NCBI GenBank assembly: GCA_963728565.1
Contig: CAVSLC010000011.1
Location: 159,799-223,798 of the forward strand
Origin: an uncultured delta proteobacterium
GTDB lineage: Bacteria; Desulfobacterota; Binatia; UBA9968
Length of the DNA: 64,000 bases
Direction: 5' to 3'
The notes below the pieces were generated by a model, which saw nothing but the letters and a program-made list of their open reading frames with translations, was not told where the DNA came from and did not search any database. Numbering within the stretch: the first letter of the stretch is position 1; the number at the start of each line of letters is the position of its first letter. Positions 61,399 through 64,000 of this stretch are shown piece after piece. The translations under genes were made by a program, and so were the position numbers.

Positions 61399-61992
61399 AT
61401 GAACGAACAACTGAAAGAACTGCTGTATCAAATGCTCGAGACCGAATTGGGTGGAGTGCAGGTCTACACGACCGCGCTCGAATGCGTCGTCAATGACGAG
61501 CTCGAGGAAGAATGGACGAAGTATCTGGCGCAGACCGAGCGACACGTTGAAGTCATGCAACAACTGCTGACCACTCTGGGTCTTGATACCGACGCCCAGA
61601 CACCCGGCCGGCAGGTGGTCGAGCACATCGGCGAATCGCTGGTGCAGGCGATGCAAATGGCGCTCGCGAGCGGCGGTGAGCCGGAAGCAGCGGAACTCGT
61701 CGCGTGCGAGTGCGTCGTCTTTGCCGAAACCAAGGACCATCTGAACTGGGAGCTTCTGTCGAAGTTTGCGCAGAAGTGCGGCGACAACGAGAAGCAGGCG
61801 TTGACGGCCGCTGTAGAAGAAGTCGAAGATCAGGAGGACGAGCACATTTATCACAGCAAAGGCTGGTGCCGCGAGTTGTGGATTCAATCGCTGGGCATGC
61901 CGGCAGTGCTACCGCCACCGGAAGAAGAAAGAAAGGTCAAGACCGCGCTAGGTGCCGCGCACGCAGAAAAGGCGCGCGAAGAAATGCTTTAG
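61399..61992 (+). CDS. Ferritin-like (DUF892-like) protein
   Basis: LETE.GG..VY, QT.RH, ETKDH.NW, EDQEDEH metal-ligand pattern. Confidence 0.8.
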   Translation: MNEQLKELLYQMLETELGGVQVYTTALECVVNDELEEEWTKYLAQTERHVEVMQQLLTTLGLDTDAQTPGRQVVEHIGESLVQAMQMALASGGEPEAAELVACECVVFAETKDHLNWELLSKFAQKCGDNEKQALTAAVEEVEDQEDEHIYHSKGWCRELWIQSLGMPAVLPPPEEERKVKTALGAAHAEKAREEML

Positions 61993-62078
61993 CGCGTCGG
62001 CCCACCCCTTGACGCTTTGACTATTCAGCATCAGACGGTGATCGTAAACTGGAGCTCAAACCATGATGAGAGTTCAGG

Positions 62079-63784
62079 ATGGCGCGAAACCGCCCGCTGT
62101 CTTCTGCTGTAGTTGAAAAGGCTGCCCTGCAAAAGGCAGCAACCGGCATCCACGGCCTGGACGAAATCACCGGCGGTGGATTGCCGAGGGGACGGCCGAC
62201 GCTGGTATGCGGCGCCGCAGGATGCGGCAAGACGATGCTTGCAGCCGAGTTTCTGGTTCGCGGTGCCGTCAATATGGTGAGCCTGGCGTCTTCATGATGT
62301 TCGAGGAGAGCACGGCCGAGCTCACCGAAAACGTACGCTCCCTTGGCTTTGATCTGGAGAAACTGCAGAAGCAGCGCAAACTTGCGCTTGACTTCGTTCA
62401 CATCGAGCGCAGCGAGATTGAGGAAACCGGTGAATACGACCTCGAGGGGCTTTTCATTCGTCTCGCGCACGCCATCGACCGTATCGGTGCCAAACGCGTC
62501 GTACTCGACACGATCGAAGCCTTGTTTGCGGGAATTCCAAATCAGGCGGTGCTTCGCGCCGAACTGCGACGCCTGTTCAGATGGTTGAAAGATCGCCGAA
62601 TGACCGCGGTGATCACGGGCGAGAGAGGCGAGAAATCTCTGACGCGTTACGGACTTGAAGAGTACGTTGCCGATTGCGTAATTCTGCTGGACCATCGAAT
62701 CAACGATCAGGTTTCGACCCGGCGATTGCGCGTCGTCAAGTATCGCGGCTCCGCGCACGGCACGAACGAATATCCATTCGTCATTGGCGCCAATGGCATA
62801 TCCGTCGTGCCCATCACCTCGTTGCGTCTTGATCACAAGGCCAACAGCCAGCGTGTCGCTTCGGGCATCAAGGGCTTGGACGACATGCTGGAAGGGAAAG
62901 GCGTTTATCGCGGGACCAGCGTTTTGGTGTCGGGGTCTCCGGGCACCGGCAAAAGCAGCATAGGCGCCGCTTTCGCAAACGCCGCGTGTGCGCGCGGCGA
63001 ACGAGCGCTGATGTTTGCCTATGAAGAGTCAGAAAGCCAATTGTTGCGCAACATGCGGTCTGTGCGACTTGACCTTGCGCAGTGGGTTCGAAAAGGCTTG
63101 CTGCAGGTTCATGCGTCGCGACCGACACTGCAAGGGTTGGAGCAGCATCTTGTCTCGATGTACGACGAACATGCGCCAATTCCGCCCGCGGTCGTAGTAG
63201 TGGACCCGATCAGCAACCTGACAATGGAGCGCGAGGACGTCTCATTGAAGCCAACGCTGATGAGACTGATCGATTTTCTGAAGCAACAGGGCATAACGGC
63301 CGTTTACACCAGCCTGACGACGGACACCACCGTGCCGCGTGCCGACTCTGAAGTTGGAGTGTCGTCGTTGATGGACACATGGCTCGTGTTGGGCAACTAC
63401 GAACAAAACGGCGAGCGCACCCGAACGTTGCAGGTGTTGAAGTCGCGCGGGATGGAGCACTCGAATCAGGTCCGTGAGTTCGTGCTGAGCCGCCGAGGGA
63501 TCCAGCTGATTGATGTGTACTTGTCCGGTGCGCAGGTACTCACCGGTACAGCACGCGTAGCCCAGCAGGCGGAGGAACTTGCGTCCGTCAGATTACGAGA
63601 GCTCGATCGCGATCGAAATTTGCGTGAGCTCGGGAATCAGCGTGCTGCAATCGACGCGCAAATTGCCGCACTCGGACCGCCGATAGCGATGCGATTGCCG
63701 CCGGACCGGCTCGATGTTTCGGCAACGAAACGGCGCGGCGCACGATCGAGTACGCGTCGTAGCGACACGAAAAGATCGACCTGA
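62079..63784 (+). CDS. kaiC: KaiC ATPase/kinase (KaiC2-like; frameshift near 62268 and others)
   Basis: [13 protein letters not shown], Walker A GAAGCGKT and [41 protein letters not shown]. Confidence 0.94.
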
Positions 63785-64000
63785 TGGTTACACGATCCAA
63801 GGCTGCATCTAAACACACGGCTGTTGCATCCAAGGGGCAGGCGCCCGAGTGGCAGCTCAGGCTGTACGTCGCAGGTCGCACCGCGAAATCGAACGCAGCT
63901 TTGAAGAACCTGAAGCGGCTGTGTGAAACGCACCTGTCCGGGCGCTATGTCATAGAAGTGATCGATCTACTGGTCAATCCGCGACTCGCTGCAGGCGATC
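63784..64000 (+). CDS. kaiB: KaiB (partial)
   Basis: Not in the track. Manual translation gives ...[50 protein letters not shown]; TGATG overlap. Confidence 0.93.
   Translation, partial: MVTRSKAASKHTAVASKGQAPEWQLRLYVAGRTAKSNAALKNLKRLCETHLSGRYVIEVIDLLVNPRLAAGD

Overview
This is a bacterial window. The long run of NitT/TauT-type substrate-binding proteins and several hypothetical families suggest a Candidatus Binatia/Binatota-like genome; that is inference, not a database result. Many single-base frameshifts in otherwise intact genes point to long-read indel error. Four zones are visible. (1) 1-3 kb holds the 5' end of aroG, yihY, a 143-bp MITE and an MFS gene. (2) About 3.5-26.8 kb is an accessory stress/regulatory region: fatty-acid desaturase, a sensorless kinase, a CheB/CheR-PAS fusion plus PAS kinase, a Crp/Fnr regulator, lone sufB, a Zn-ribbon protein, an A-type Fe-S carrier, orphan nuoB, CBS and RRM proteins, a GT4/GH130 pair and duplicated small genes. 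Six intergenic copies of a 16-bp imperfect palindrome (TGTYY-N6-RGACA) run through it. This candidate Crp-family regulon, tied to an unusual NuoB/IscA/SufB module, is the best lead for an undescribed system. (3) About 27-58 kb is housekeeping and catabolic: CoA-transferase, NamZ, TIR-TM-FGE plus Imm8, two ExeA ATPases, PqaA, Hsp20, CobB, and a cluster of seven SBPs with an atypical UbiD, a CoA ligase, a crotonase and a Pht5-like protein. (4) After a possible junction near 58.2 kb come hemerythrin, katE, a ferritin-like gene, kaiC and partial kaiB. I found no rRNA, tRNA, CRISPR array or transposase.
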